Source: the human T2T-CHM13v2.0 reference genome, Homo sapiens
Length of the DNA stretch: 64,000 nucleotides
Reading direction: 5' to 3' (one strand)
Assembly: GCF_009914755.1 (NCBI RefSeq)
Contig: NC_060926.1
Part shown: piece after piece, positions 29,716-42,339 of the stretch
How positions within the stretch are numbered: position 1 is the stretch's first letter
Layout: each line of letters starts with the position of its first letter
Made by a program: the position numbers and the translations under genes
Notes under the pieces: generated by a model
The model's input: only the letters and a program-made list of their open reading frames with translations
The model's database searches: none
Told to the model about the DNA's origin: nothing

Positions 29716-30534
29716 GGATGAGCCCCTGCAGGAAGGAATGCTGGCTCTCTGGGGTAGATAAAGAAGGTTCTGGGGAAGGGAAGGGAGGAACAGGAACATG
29801 GGCTCCCTGCCAGGCTGTCCCAGGTCCGGGATGCCATCGGCAAGTGGGCGGGGACAGGCCTGGGTAGATGACATGGTAGTGAGTAAGTGGGGAGGCAGGC
29901 CAGCAGAGGAGCCAGGCTCACCTCCCGCCCGCCCACCTCGGCCACAGACCGGGAGGGGTCGGAGCACTGCGTTGGGGTTGATGAGCAGACGACTGCCAGG
30001 CAGCCATTCACAGGAAATGGCACAGACGCACATTGTTCCAGCTACCCCCCATCCTCCCTCAGGGGCAAAGTGAATGAGATACTCACCAAGGAAGCCGTTA
30101 GCAAAGGCGGACACTGATTCATGGTTTATAAGCAATGGTGAAGTCCTTTTTCCACTGGCTGCAGCCACGAATGGCCGAGAAGCTGTAAACAGTAACCGTA
30201 ACCATGCATGAGCATCCCTACCTCGCTGTCTCCTCAACTCACCTCTCCAGCCCCGAGCGGGGTCACTGAGCATTGGAGAACTGCCCCGTAGCTTCTCACC
30301 TGCACGTTGGCAGTCTGCGTCCCCAGGAAACACACATGATCACTTTCTCAGACACCCAAGACCTGCATCAAATCTGCCAACTAAACTCTGGGAGGGGTGG
30401 CGAGTGGGCTGCAAGCCTGTTTCTTAGAAAGACAGTGAAGGAGAAGATAACAAGGCCTCAAGTTTGCCCAATAGGCTTTCTGGACAGCAGCATGGCCGGG
30501 AACTTGGTGGCAATAAGGTTGATGGCATCATTGC

Positions 30535-30640
30535 TTTACTCATTCATTCATGCCACTAAGCTGTCCCTGAGAGCTACCATGTGCCAGACTGTGCCATGGG
30601 CTAAAGGTACAGAAGGTACAGAACACAGATGGCTGCGTGT
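30535..30640 (-). mobile_element. L2 tail fragment
   Basis: CTCATTCATTCATG..GAGCTACCATGTGCCAGACTGTG. Confidence 0.6.
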
Positions 30641-30910
30641 GACTCTTAGTGCAGGGGAAGGACTTTGCACTCTCAGGACATCCTCTGCACCCTTTTGCCA
30701 CCTTCAGACTCCCAAGGAAGGAAGCCCATCCAGGTGCCGCCAGAGAGAGGTGCCTGGTAATCATGTCTATTGATGGCAACCACAGTGGAGATCCCGGAGC
30801 ACAGGAGAAAAAAGCCCAGGAACCTTCCCTTTCCAGAATTGTCTGGGCCAGGCTGAGCTGCCCGGATGGCTTACAGCTCTGCACTCTGTATCATGGCTAA
30901 GGATGAGGGC

Positions 30911-31357
30911 TGTGATGGGTGATGGCCACATCATTGGCTACTCCCCCTCCAGCCCCTAGGATTCATTGTCCACGGGAGAGCCCATCTCCCAGCTGCTGCA
31001 GGTGCTGCTAAGCGCTCGCACAGGTAGCCTTCCCTGGAGAATCATCCCTAAGCAACAGCGGCCCCTCCCCAGAGGTCCCAAGAACTATGTCTCCCTCCAG
31101 AGAAGGCCCAAAGCCAAAGACTGGCAAAGGGAAGGCTGCCAAGCACTACAGGGCAAATCTAATGAATGCCCCTGAGCAACATGAGAGCCGGCTCGGCTGC
31201 ACTTCCCCTGCACACCCCTTGCCCCACTTCCTCCCCGACCTCTCCCGCTCCCCTCCCTCCTGTGCTAGCTTCTCCCACAGCATCCATATCCCTTGATCAG
31301 TCACTTGCACTGAGAATTTGTCTCAGGCACTGTTTCCACGGAGCCAGACCTAAGACA
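30911..31357 (+). mobile_element. LTR16-family (ERVL) solo LTR
   Basis: TG start, CCCATCTCCCAGCTGCTG, and end TCACTTGCACTGAGAATTTGTCTCAGGCACTGTTTC..GACCTAAGACA. Confidence 0.78.
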
Positions 31358-31359
31358 GG

Positions 31360-31580
31360 TGTAAGCCAGAGGGTCTGGATCAAATCCCAGGTGTGATAAG
31401 TCACCGGGGGCCAAGTACTCAACCTCACCAGATCTCACTGTCTTTCTCTGTAAAATAAGGATAATAGTCACACTTGCACATAAGGGTGCAGTGCAGAGTG
31501 CATGCGTGCATAACACTTAAAGTAATTGGAACACACCTGGCCCATCAAAAGCACCTGGAGGAGACATCAGTTCTTACCAC
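31360..31580 (+). mobile_element. MIR
   Basis: CAAATCCCAG..CAAGTACTCAACCTC..TCTGTAAAATAAGGATAATAGT. Confidence 0.72.
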
Positions 31581-32544
31581 TGTAGCCAGAAGGTTGTCTC
31601 TCTGAGCTACAAATAAGACACTGGACACCCATTTAGTCAACCTTCTACAGACGATCACAGCCCAACCCAATCAAGCACCTACGTTTCACATTAGGCATGT
31701 CCATTTCAGGGTGTCTTATCCAGCGGCTGAGTTTGAAGGATCATTTTCAGGGTGAAAATTGGAAGAACTGATGAAGCTCACAAAAGCAAATAAATAAGCA
31801 CGGCTTTTGCAGGATGCTTCCAGCAGAGCAGTGCTGGCAAGCCTGGCTGCCTGTCAGAGCCACTGGGGGGCTTATTAAAACTGCTAGCTCCCCTCCACCA
31901 CCATCCCCCACCCCTTCCCTAGCTCCGCCCCTGAAGGTCTAATTCAGTCTAGTCAGCTGGAGTCATAAAAGCCTTCCTGGAGAAGAAGACACCTAATCTG
32001 GGTCTGGAAGGATGTGTGGGAGTTGTTCAAATGGAGCAGCCGTGCGGGGGCAGGACATCCCAGCACAGGGGACTGTGAGAGCCACGACGTGGGCCCTGGA
32101 ACCCTGTGGTAGATGCAGAGAACCACAAACATTTCCGTACGGCTAGAAAGCGAGTGGGGGTGGCAGGAAGTGGTGGGAGGGGCTCACGATGCCAGTAATG
32201 ACCATATTCAGGGGTGCTCCCGAGCCCTCCTTCCTTATGCCCCACGTGCTCCCACATCACCCCAGGAGATAATAAACGAAGGCGTGCACATGGGGGTCAG
32301 GCCCCTGGGAGTCAACAATGACTTCGGAGACCTCAGAGAGTCTGCAAGAAGCTTCCCTGGCTGCGTCCCTTGCCCCTTTAGGACCTGTAGGGGCCGTCTT
32401 TGCTGGGTGAGGTGCAGCTGAACTAAGGGTGAGCTGCTTTCCTCTGCCACCACAGGACTCAAATCCCATGGGGCCCCAGAGCAGGTGGACGGTGGTCCCC
32501 TGGCTTCTGCATGGCTGTGCCAGCCCACCCTTACAGGGACAGCA

Positions 32545-32676
32545 TCACAGGCAGCAGAACTTCCAGCATTCTCAAAGGAGCTAGAAATTCCACCTTTTTT
32601 GTGAGATTTGAATTTTTACATGTTGGAGCAAATTTTTTCTCTGAAGCAAAACACATTTGCAGAGTCGTGACCTCTG
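32545..32676 (+). mobile_element. MER102-like (hAT-Charlie) 3' fragment
   Basis: GGAGCTAGAAATTCCACCTTTTTTGTGAGAT..AAAACACATTTGCAG..GTGACCTCTG, similar to the copy at 58.3 kb. Confidence 0.55.
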
Positions 32677-33342
32677 CCAGGGAAGTGGGACAGAAGCTGG
32701 AGCCAGAAGACCTGAGGACAGGTCTCAATTCTGTCCCCTGGCTCACCAACAAGGGAGGGGTGGGCCACAGGGTCTTTCAGTGCCTTCCCAGCTGGACATT
32801 TCTGACCTCTCCTCTTCTCCTCTCCAAAATAAAAAAAAAAATCCTTAAATTTTCTAACCACCTCGGTGTAATTTTACTAGAGCATTAACTGAATTATAAA
32901 TGTGTCTATTCAAACAAGGGCCTGGCCAGTGAAATTTTAACCAACTACCTGATTTCCAACTGTTTTCCATTGACCCATATATTAAAATAGTAGAAGGCCT
33001 TGGTCTCATGAGGCTTCTGGAGAAGCCTGCACGCAGCAGGAATGACACCCTGGTTGTGGAATTTCACTAGGCAACAGGCTCCAAACAGAAAATGTTAGCA
33101 CTTTTGAGGACAAATAGTGTTTCTGGTACACTCTCTCCCCACCCCTTTCCTTTATCTAGTTTCTGCTCTTTCTTTGCTCTTTTATTTTTACTACTCCTTT
33201 TAAGAGTTCGTGTGTATTTTTACTAAACTTCAGTAGTACATATCCCCTCGCCAAAATGCTCCCTTCTCACTTTACACACTGCTGAAAATTATCATGCTGG
33301 CCCCTTCCTTGGAGTACAGTTCTGCCCTGTTGAAATGCTCAC

Positions 33343-33356
33343 CCAGGAGGGGGCAC
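33343..33356 (+). promoter_or_regulatory. Candidate CTCF motif
   Basis: CCAGGAGGGGGCAC matches CCASYAGRKGGCRS at 13/14 positions. Motif only. Confidence 0.4.
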
Positions 33357-33814
33357 CGAATTCCTGCTTTGTCACCAGGGACTGGGTGTTCAAAGAGTCG
33401 TTCATGGGGTGGGGCGTGTGGCCATGCCAGATAGCTGGTCAACCCCGGAGGAAGGCCAGCCCCAGGAGGGAGCAAGTGCAGTGTAGGGTCCAGCCAAGGG
33501 TTTATGAGCCTGAAGATTGGTTCAGGCAGCGGCGCCATCCTAAGGGAAAAACAGATACACCTCGAAGAGAAGCTGCTCCACCACTGCACCTGCTCTGTGC
33601 CACATGGAGGGTAAATGTCTGCTAAATGAACGCAAATGAAGAGGTCACCCCTTCATACTGTTGACTATCCCACCTGTGAGGGCCCAGGAGCAGAATGGTC
33701 ACCTGGAGATCCAACAAGGTGGCTGTTTCCTTCATAGTCATCAGTAAGACTCTGCAGAAAACTCACTCCGCAGGGATTAGGCCAAAAAGAGGATGTGTCA
33801 GGAGTTTACAGGGT

Positions 33815-34550
33815 ACCCTGGGTTGAATGGTGGCCCCAGAAAGGTATATCCATGTTCTAATCCCTAAACCTCAGAATATGGCCGTATTTGGAAAATGGGT
33901 CTTTCAGGTGTAATTAAGAATTTCGAGGCCAGGCGCGGTGGCTCATGCAGGTAATCCCAGCACTTTGGGAGGCTGAGGCGGGTGGATCGCCTGAGGTCAG
34001 GAATTTGAGACCAGCCAGGCCAACATGGTGAAACCCCGTCTCTACTAAAAACACAAATAATTAGCCAGGTGTGGTGGCACACGCCTGTAATCCCAGCTAC
34101 TTGGGAGGCTGAGGCCAAGATTCACTTGAACCCAGGAGGAGGAGTTTGCGGTGAGCCAAGATCGTGCCACTGCACTCCAGCCTGGGTGACAAAGAGAGAC
34201 TTTATCTCAAAAAAAAAAAAAATTTTTGAGATGAGATTATCCTGGACTGCCTAGGTGGGCCCTAAATCCACAAATAGTGTCCTTAGAGAGGGGGAAGAGA
34301 GAAGACTTGCAAGGGGAGCAGGAGGGGAAGGTCCTGTGAAAATGGAGAGATTGGGGCCGAGGAACACCAGAGCCACCAGAACCAGAAGAGGCAGGAAGAA
34401 TTTTCCTCCAGAGCCTCTGGAAGGGAGCACAGCCCTGCCCACACCTGGATCTCAGACTTTTGGACTCTAAAACTGTGAGAAAATACATTTCTGTCATTCT
34501 AAGCCATCACGTTCATGGTGATTTGTTATGGCAGCCACAGGAAACAAAGA
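33815..34550 (+). mobile_element. MLT1C/D-like LTR split by an Alu
   Basis: GGTTGAATGGTGGCCCC..ATTTGGAAAATGGGTCTTT|GAGATGAGATTATCCTGGA..AACTGTGAGAAAATACATTTCTG..TTTGTTATGGCAGCCACAGGAAAC. Confidence 0.87.
33927..34220 (+). mobile_element. AluS (Sx/Sq-like)
   Basis: Full dimer with A tail and degenerate TSD AATTT(C/T)GA. Confidence 0.96.
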
Positions 34551-36116
34551 GAGGATGTCACCCTTAGAAGGGGTCCCATGGCACCTTGCCCAGTGAGGAC
34601 AGGAGCTCAAATAGGACATGGGGAGGGTCAGAGAAGCAGCACTGGCTGGGGGTGATCTAAGCACCTGAGCCCATTTCTGTGGGCAGCCCCAGAATCAGCC
34701 ATGGTCAGTGGACCAGAGAAAGGCCACTCCATGGAATAGCTTTTGGGGACCCAGGAGCCCGGTGGGTGCTGCACCTGTCCAGGACAGCTTGCTAAGGCAT
34801 CAGTCATCACCAGAGTGACCCGCAGGCTGCCAGCTCCAGATGGTGTCTGCCAACCATCCATCCACAACGTGAGCCCATCAAGGCCCCCATCCACTCTGAG
34901 CCTCTCAGACCTAACTGTTCAGGCACCCCGGGGAGACAACCCCACAGCCCCGCAGGCCACTTTGTGCCTGGATTTGAGGAAGAAAGGAGCTGCTGTACTT
35001 AAACTCTGGGGCCAGGCTGCATGATAAACCCCTTCAAAGCAGGCATGAGTGCAGAGAATGCCCTGTTACATTTTATTTTTGAATTTCTAATTTAAAAAAA
35101 TACACAGGGGAGTCCTAGTTTTAAGATACTGGAGTAGAAGCTTTTCCACTCCCAACTTTTCTCAAAAAGCACATTTTAGCAAGGAGAACAGGGAAATAGG
35201 GACACAAAAGATATTTATAACCCCAGTTCACAACGTGAAAGCAGGAAGCAGGCAGATGAATGGGAAACTTACAGCAGGGCCAGAGAGGGCGGGACTTAAG
35301 GCCGGTGGGAGAGAGAACAATGAGAAGCATATCCAGGAAGGCTTGGGAACTGCAGGTGACAGGTACCTGTGCAGGTAACTGCAGGTGACATAGCCTGTAG
35401 ATCCTCCACCCAGGAGGCGAGGGCAGGGGTTGCTGGAAATAGCGCATGGTGTAAACATCTGTACAAGGAGCCCTCTGGCCTGGGTTCCACATCCAGGTGG
35501 CCCCAAGATGCTGAGACAGGAAGTTTATTCTCTGGGGAAAGTGAACCAAAGGAACCAAACCTGCAGGCACATTGGGAGAAAAGAGTGGCTGGACTGAAAC
35601 CCAGCGGGCCAGGAAATTGTGCATGCCGAGCATGGAAATTCCCAGTCCTGCCGTCTCACCCAGATCACCAGTAGCCCTTGCCCCAACCCAGCTGGCAATC
35701 AGAGAGTCCTTTTCTACAGAAACCAAACTGCTCCAGAGAAAACAGCCACAGAGATTGACCACTGGGGGTTCCTAATGAACAAGCCAGTTGGCCTGCAGCT
35801 CACCCTGCAGTAAAGCCCAAGTTACTCATGTTTAGAAACCCTCCTACCATCATCCTGAGGCCCCAAATTTACATATGTGCCTGCCATAGAAGTCAAAGAC
35901 CAAGGACAATCAACAAATGGGGAGGGGGAGGAGTTAAAGTAAGCAATAAAGAGAGCAGAATAAAACTTCAAAAAACACTATATTTTATAACCTCAAAGAA
36001 AGAAAAAATAATGCATTCTTAAAACAAGAGCAGGATGTTATTTTAAATTTTTTTAAAGGCAGAATATTTAACTGCCACTTTAGTTAAAAACACAAGGATC
36101 AAAAGCAAAAAAAATA

Positions 36117-36415
36117 GGCCGGGCACGGTGGCTCACACCTGTAACCCCAGCACTTTGGGAAGCCAAGGTGGGCAGATCACCTGAGGTCAGGAATTCAAGA
36201 CCAGCCTGGCCAAAATGGTGAAACCCTGTCTCTACTAAAAAATACAAAAATTAGCCAGGCGTGGTGGTGGGAGCCTGTAATCCCAGCTACTTAGGAGGCT
36301 GAAGCAGGGAGAATTGCTTGAACCTGGGAGGCAGAGGTTGCAGTGAGCCCAGATCACTCCACTGCACTCTAGCATGGGCAACAGAGCAGGACTCCATACC
36401 AAAAAAAAAAAAAAA
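36117..36415 (+). mobile_element. AluSx-like
   Basis: GGCCGGGCACGGTGGCTCAC..GATCACCTGAGGTCAGG full dimer with poly-A. Confidence 0.96.
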
Positions 36416-36623
36416 ATAGCAAAAAGGATAGACAATAATGTTGAGAAAATCTCCAAGAAGGCTGAACAAAAATAAAAGGAATTTACAATGGAAGGGAAAA
36501 GATAAGACCATTAAAGGATCAATCTATTCCAGAAGCCTCAAAATGGAGAGAAGAAATTATTAAAGAAATAACACAAGAAAACTTCCCAGAATTGAACGAC
36601 TTGCATTAATAGATTGAAAGGGT

Positions 36624-36822
36624 GGCCAGGCAAGGTGGCTCACACCTGTAATTCCAGAACTTTGGGAGGCCAAGGTTGGAGGATCTCTTGAGCCCAGGAG
36701 GTCGAGGCTGCAATAAGCCTTGATTGGACCACTGCACTCCAGCTTGGATGATAGAGCAAAAGCCTGTCTCAAACAAAAAAGAAAAAAGAAAAGAAAGAAA
36801 AAGAAAAGAAAATATAAGGAAA
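36624..36822 (+). mobile_element. Alu monomer (FRAM-like) with A/G-rich tail
   Basis: Single arm GGCCAGGCAAGGTGGCTCAC..TTGAGCCCAGGAGGTCGAGGCTGCA..CCTGTCTCAAA with GAAAGGG on both flanks. Confidence 0.85.
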
Positions 36823-37873
36823 AAGAAAGGGCCTAAAACAACCAACCATTAACTCTTGCTATGCCTCTTGAATCCCATGTTATAATAGGACATGATGCCC
36901 TCATCTTCCCTCTGCCCCTCCTCAGCACCTTCCACCACCCCACTCTGTGGAATCATTGCTCTTATTTTATTATTTTTAAAAATTTGGGAATATTAACATT
37001 CAATGCTGTTTCCATATGGAGTAAATTATCCAAAAATTGAATCTGAAAGTTAAAAACCTATCACTGCTACACACAGATATCACACACACACAATGTAAAT
37101 GTGTGTCACTGCACAGCTGAGTAGGGTGCTGGTGTTGCATTTCCTTCTCTGGAAGGCCAACAATGCAACTAAAAAGGAATTGTCTCTGGACATGAGTCCT
37201 TTTTGCACTCTGCTAATTGCCTTATATCTTTGCAAGACCCTCCAGGATCTCAATTGCTTTATCTCTTTTACTCTTTCCTCCTTTCCCAGAGACTTCCTCT
37301 CAGCCTTTCCCTCCAGCCTGTGCCCCACTGCCACCATCCTTGCAGAGAGTATGGTGCTCTTACAATCAAATGCACCAACTGCTAGAAGTCAGGTCTGGCT
37401 CTTTCTTGATTTAATTTCTTCTCTTTTGGGAGAATGTCCTCCATTCACCTCCCATGGAAAGATGCATGAGAGGTAAACTTGCTTAGTTAGTCCACGCGTG
37501 AAAAAATCTTTGTTATTCCCTCACACTTGAGCAATAGTTTAAGGATGTTGAATACTGAGTTTAAGGTGTCATAAACTAAAGTCCTTTTCCTTTAGAACTC
37601 GCTCCGTTGGCTTCTAGCATCCAGTGCTGCTGGTGAGGATTCTGAGAAGCCTAGTATTTAATTCTTCATGAGTGATCTTTGTCACACTCTCTTTCTGTCA
37701 TTGAAAATGTCTTCCCCTCCATGCTGCCTGGTCTTGCTTGTTGTCTTTTTGAGGCATGGGAAGACAAATTTAAAACAAATTGAAAAACAAGGAAGTGCCA
37801 GATGGGAGATAGAAAACATCACCTATATTACTGGGGGAGGCCAAGTTGGAGGATGTGCCTCATGGTGAAAACC

Positions 37874-38077
37874 AAATGAGACAGCTTCAGAAACAGGACA
37901 GCTTCAGAAACAGGACAGCTCCAGAAACAAGACAGCTCCAGAAATGACACAACTCCAGAAATGAGACAGCTCCGGAAATGACACAACTCCAGAAATAAGA
38001 CAGCTCCAGAAATTGCACAGCTCCAGAAATGTTATAGTTCTAGAAATAAGACAGATTCAGAAATCACACAGCTCCAG
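37874..38077. repeat. Minisatellite, 12 x 17 bp (consensus about AAATGAGACAGCTCCAG)
   Basis: Twelve consecutive 17-bp units counted with no indels, e.g. AAACAGGACAGCTTCAG, AAATGACACAACTCCAG, AAATAAGACAGCTCCAG. Confidence 0.97.
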
Positions 38078-39599
38078 AACTGGGTTGACTCATCCACCCA
38101 GTTTCAGTGGCACTGGGGTCACAGCAGACCTCCTGACAGGGGGACAGAGTAGAAAATGCTCCTAGCAGGAGGCAGTTCCCTCTGAAGAGGAAGAAAGACA
38201 GAGCTGCCCCTGCCCAGTAACCTTCCAACGTTTACCCATCAGAAGGGTCACAGGGCCCTTCCTGGAGAGAGATCTGGGAGAGGAGCAGGGAAGTGTGAGT
38301 GCCACATCAGGGAGAGAGAAAGGCTGTCCCCACATTGTAGTCTCTGAAACTGCGGATAGTCAAACATCAGAGCTTTTGACTTGAGCCTTTGTGGCTTTTC
38401 TCCCATATTCTTTATTTCTTGGTCTTTTTGTACTATTTTCTGGGAGATTTCTCCTACTTCTCTTCCAACACTTGTACTGATATTTTTCCCACACTTTAAT
38501 TTTGCTGCACCTTCTCATGGTGACCTATTCTCACAGCCCTCTATTCACGCTTCGTAAATTATCTTTTTACAAAATTCATCTAAGTTGCTCATTTAGATGG
38601 GGTTTAAGGGTTTGTTTGATTTCTTTTTTATTGTTGTTCTTGCTGGTTGTGTGTATGTGTGGGAGGAGGGAGGGGGAATTGGGTCATCTGCAAGGCAGAC
38701 AAGAAGACAGAGTCAGAGAGAATGAGATGTGTTGGCAGAAAAGCCTGTGATGATTAAGATCAAAGGGAGAAGGAGGCTTTCCAGCCTGCCTCCAGATTCT
38801 GAGCTGAACCATCTGTAAACCAGGCTTCAGCTTTTTGTTTCTCCTCTGGCAGAGCCTATCAGACCCACCCACAGGGCTGTTGATGCTAGCTGGGGGAGGG
38901 CACTGGCCCATCGTGGCAGAGGACGTGGTCATCTGGGACCACTGCTTGTATAGCTCACTTATGTCCTCTGGTCCTGTTCAGGCTCCATGCCAGCTGTGCC
39001 ATTTCCATGTGAAAATGGACTTCCCCAGGCACACCCAGCTATATGATGTGGTGGGTCTGACCACCAATCCTACACTCTTAAAATCCCCAAGGCTGAGCCT
39101 GATCCATCCTCCTCCCTTCCAGAGTATGGATTTGTGATTCACTGTCATGGTGGGTGGGGAGTAGAACTTCAGAGCACTCTACTTGGTCTTCCTCATCACA
39201 ATTGTTCTTACTCCATACTCCAAGATTCAGCATGGGTGCTGAACCCACTGCCAAATATATTGACCCCAGTTACATATCTGGGAAGTGAATGCAGAATTAA
39301 ATGCAATGCAGTAATAGCCAGCCATTTTCACTCTCCTCATGTGCACTGTTGCCTCTGTATGTTTCAAAAGATCGAATCATCACACTCGTCAGGGCTTTCC
39401 CTCTTGAGTGGGACATTTGTGCAAGTCACCGCCATTAAAATTGTTACTGCTGGGCCACTATCTTGTGCTGGGGACTATCCCTAGCCCCATACCACTTAGG
39501 ATAAAGTCTCCCTTGCCAACCAGGCAGTGGGAAATCCAGCTCCTAAACCCAATTCTTAGGTCCTCTGCAAACAAAAGCAAAAATAACATCTTTAGATAT

Positions 39600-39898
39600 T
39601 GATGTAGGTGTAACACCTCTGTAGGGAGAGGGAGGAAGGACTGTGATGGTGGGAAGAGCCTCTGCCAGCCCATCAGGGAGCTCTGGTGCAATGATATCCT
39701 CAGAGAAACAACACAGAGCCGGGGATGGGTGGCCCTTGTACCACCGCTGTTCTCCATCTTTGGCTGGGGGCTGCTGGCAGAGCATGTGGTCTTGGCTCAG
39801 AAGCAGGGCGGAACCTGAAGGCACCCAGTCAGAGCTGCCTGTGAGCTGCAGGCTCCCTTGGAAGGAGATCGGAGTGGCCCACCTCCATGGCTGGCACA
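39600..39898 (-). mobile_element. LTR16-like LTR fragment
   Basis: GCCTCTGCCAGCCCATCAGGGAGCTCTGG..TTGGCTGGGGGCTGC..CCTGAAGG resembles reverse LTR16B-type sequence. Confidence 0.5.
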
Positions 39899-40235
39899 TC
39901 AGCCTTTATGCTCGTTTCCTCTGCATTTCTTTCTGAGTGTTTTCCTCTGTTCTCCTCCACATTGCCAGTTTAAGTGTCTGGCAGTCCCTGGCTGTCTGCT
40001 CATTTATTTGAGCAGGTAATAGAAGCTGCCTGGGAGAGGGGCCAATAGCTGGTAGATCTCACTTCAGGTGATGGCACTTGTGCAAACAACAGCTCAGGAT
40101 CCCAGGACCAGGGTCCAGGGGAGGGGTCAGTAAATGTCAAACTGCACAGGGCTTGGCTCCGGAATACCGGTGCCTTCCAAAATAACTTCTAGACCTCCCA
40201 AAATAACCCATTAAATTTCCTTAGAGCAGAATGCT

Positions 40236-40306
40236 TAGTTAGTTGGTTGGTTGGACTGGTTGGTTGAACTGGTTGTTGGTTAATTGGTTGATTGGTTGGT
40301 TCGTTG
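40236..40306. repeat. Degenerate (TTGG)n repeat
   Basis: TTGGTTGGTTGGACTGGTTGGTTG.. directly visible. Confidence 0.85.
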
Positions 40307-40613
40307 AATTTGCAGGGGAAGGTGGGATAGTCAGGGGTTGGGGAGAAGGAATAGGTAAATGCCAGGTACCCCAGGGAGAGGAGAATGGGGTGGTGCCCCT
40401 GTTTCAGGCCCACAGCTTTCTCCACACCTGGCACTCAGAATTCTGGGCGTCTCTGGGCTCTGCAGGGCTCTGCCCGCTGCAAGTGTTCATATGAGACACC
40501 TCCACCAAACACCCTCTTCTGCTCTCCACTTTCCCAACATTTGTTGAAATTGCTTGTTGTGTTTTTTATGTTTGTTTTTTTTTGGGGGGGGAGATGGGGA
40601 GTTGGGAGTTGGG

Positions 40614-40926
<313 letters not shown>

Positions 40927-42259
40927 CACTCATTGTTTGAAGGATCCTCTCCCATCTCTTTATTTTTTGTGGGTTTATAAATTAAAAACTTCTTGACTGC
41001 ATTTAATGGAGCTGCAGACAGACTAGATACAGCTACTGAGCCATCTGTCATCTTGATGTGAAGTCTTTACCATTGTGCCTTAAAGCTTGAGCATGGCTAT
41101 CTTAAGTCCTCTCAGATTGTGTTTTGGAAATCAAGCCAAATTGTTTATATTTCTAAAACTGCAATAGTGAAGTTTACAAATTGTTATCTTTTCTCATTGC
41201 TTCCTACCTCTTTCCTCTTGACCCTGCCCTTGGCTCCCTCCGGAGATCCAGCCCCTGGGGCATGGCTATCCTCAAAGTCAGTTGTCCTCCTGCCTCTGAA
41301 ACAGGATTGGAAGCCTCCTCTTGCACCCCATACCACACACAGTCCCATCCAAAGAAACAGTCCAGCTGCCTAAACATGGTTGGAAGCAGCAGGAATGTCC
41401 ACGCCTGTGTCTCTCAGAACTGCCCAGGGAAGAATACTCTTAACTCTCAGGCCTTCTTGAGCCTGCTGCCCAGCCTGCCTCCCTCCCAGCAGCTCTCCTG
41501 CTCCACCCCTTCCACAGGCCCCTCGGGGCTCCTGCGCCCCTCACCATCTGGGGGCTACCTCCTCAGGCTGGGTCACCACACCCCACAGGAACAATCAGCC
41601 ATTCATTGACAAAGCACAGATACCAAAGCCAAAAAGGAGGCGCCATCCCTTTTCTCTTAGAAAGGCCGCTTGGCTGGGGCACCTGGGGACTCCAGAGATG
41701 GCAGCGCTATTCTGGGTCTCCAGCCAGAGGCAGCCAGTGTGGTCAACAGTGACGACAGTGTCCACGGGAGAGGGCTACGCTGGTGAAGAAGGGGACAGTG
41801 TCCAGTGGAGGCCTCAATGCCCACCTGGAGAACAGACCAAAGGAACCAGAGGACACCTGGACCCTTTGCTCAGTCTCCAGCCCACACATCCCAATGTATA
41901 CAGCCAGCAGCAGCCTTGGGGAATCTGGGGCACCTGGGAGAGAAGGGTTGGGAGGAAGCAGAGCTGGTGGAGTGGGTAGAAAATCACTGTGGCTGGGACA
42001 TGCCATAGCGTAAGGAAACACAGGTATATTTTACAACTATTAACGTGGCTGTGTACCAGATGTTCTTATCTTGTTTTCTGGGGGTACATTTTGTCTGTCC
42101 CAACACTCCCCCAGAATGCTGAAGGCAGAGCAAAAACCAAGGCTCATGTAGCTTCTGATTTAATCGCTTAATAAGCATTTATTAAGCACCTCTAAATATT
42201 CAGCACTGGGTCAGGCACGGTGTGAAGACACAAAGACATAGAAAATAATTCCTCCCCTC

Positions 42260-42339
42260 GCAGAGCTTGCAGTGAGCCGAGATTGCGCCATTGCACTCCA
42301 GCCTGGGCGACAGAGCGAGACTTCGTCTCAAAAAATAAT
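42260..42339 (+). mobile_element. 80-bp 3' fragment of an AluY-like element with 16-bp TSD, within an L2 tail relic
   Basis: GCAGAGCTTGCAGTGAGCCGAGATTGCGCC..GAGCGAGACTTCGTCTCAAAAAA; AATAATTCCTCCCCTC at 42244-42259 and 42340-42355. Confidence 0.95.

Larger units (their letters stand above)
35115..36840 (+). mobile_element. HAL1 relic, 5' region into the ORF1-like part, interrupted by two Alu-type elements
   Basis: GTTTATTCTCTGGGGAAAGTGAACCA, CACCCTGCAGTAAAGCCC, AAACAAGAGCAGGATG, GTTGAGAAAATCTCC and AAGAAAACTTCCCAGAATTGAA parallel the copy at 19-22 kb. Confidence 0.65.

Noticed and set aside
37874-38077. CRISPR-like regularity of the 17-bp array (also the repeat-spacer-repeat at 58158-58227)
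   Set aside because: Units are head-to-tail without unique 25-45 bp spacers, there are no cas genes, and the context is primate DNA.
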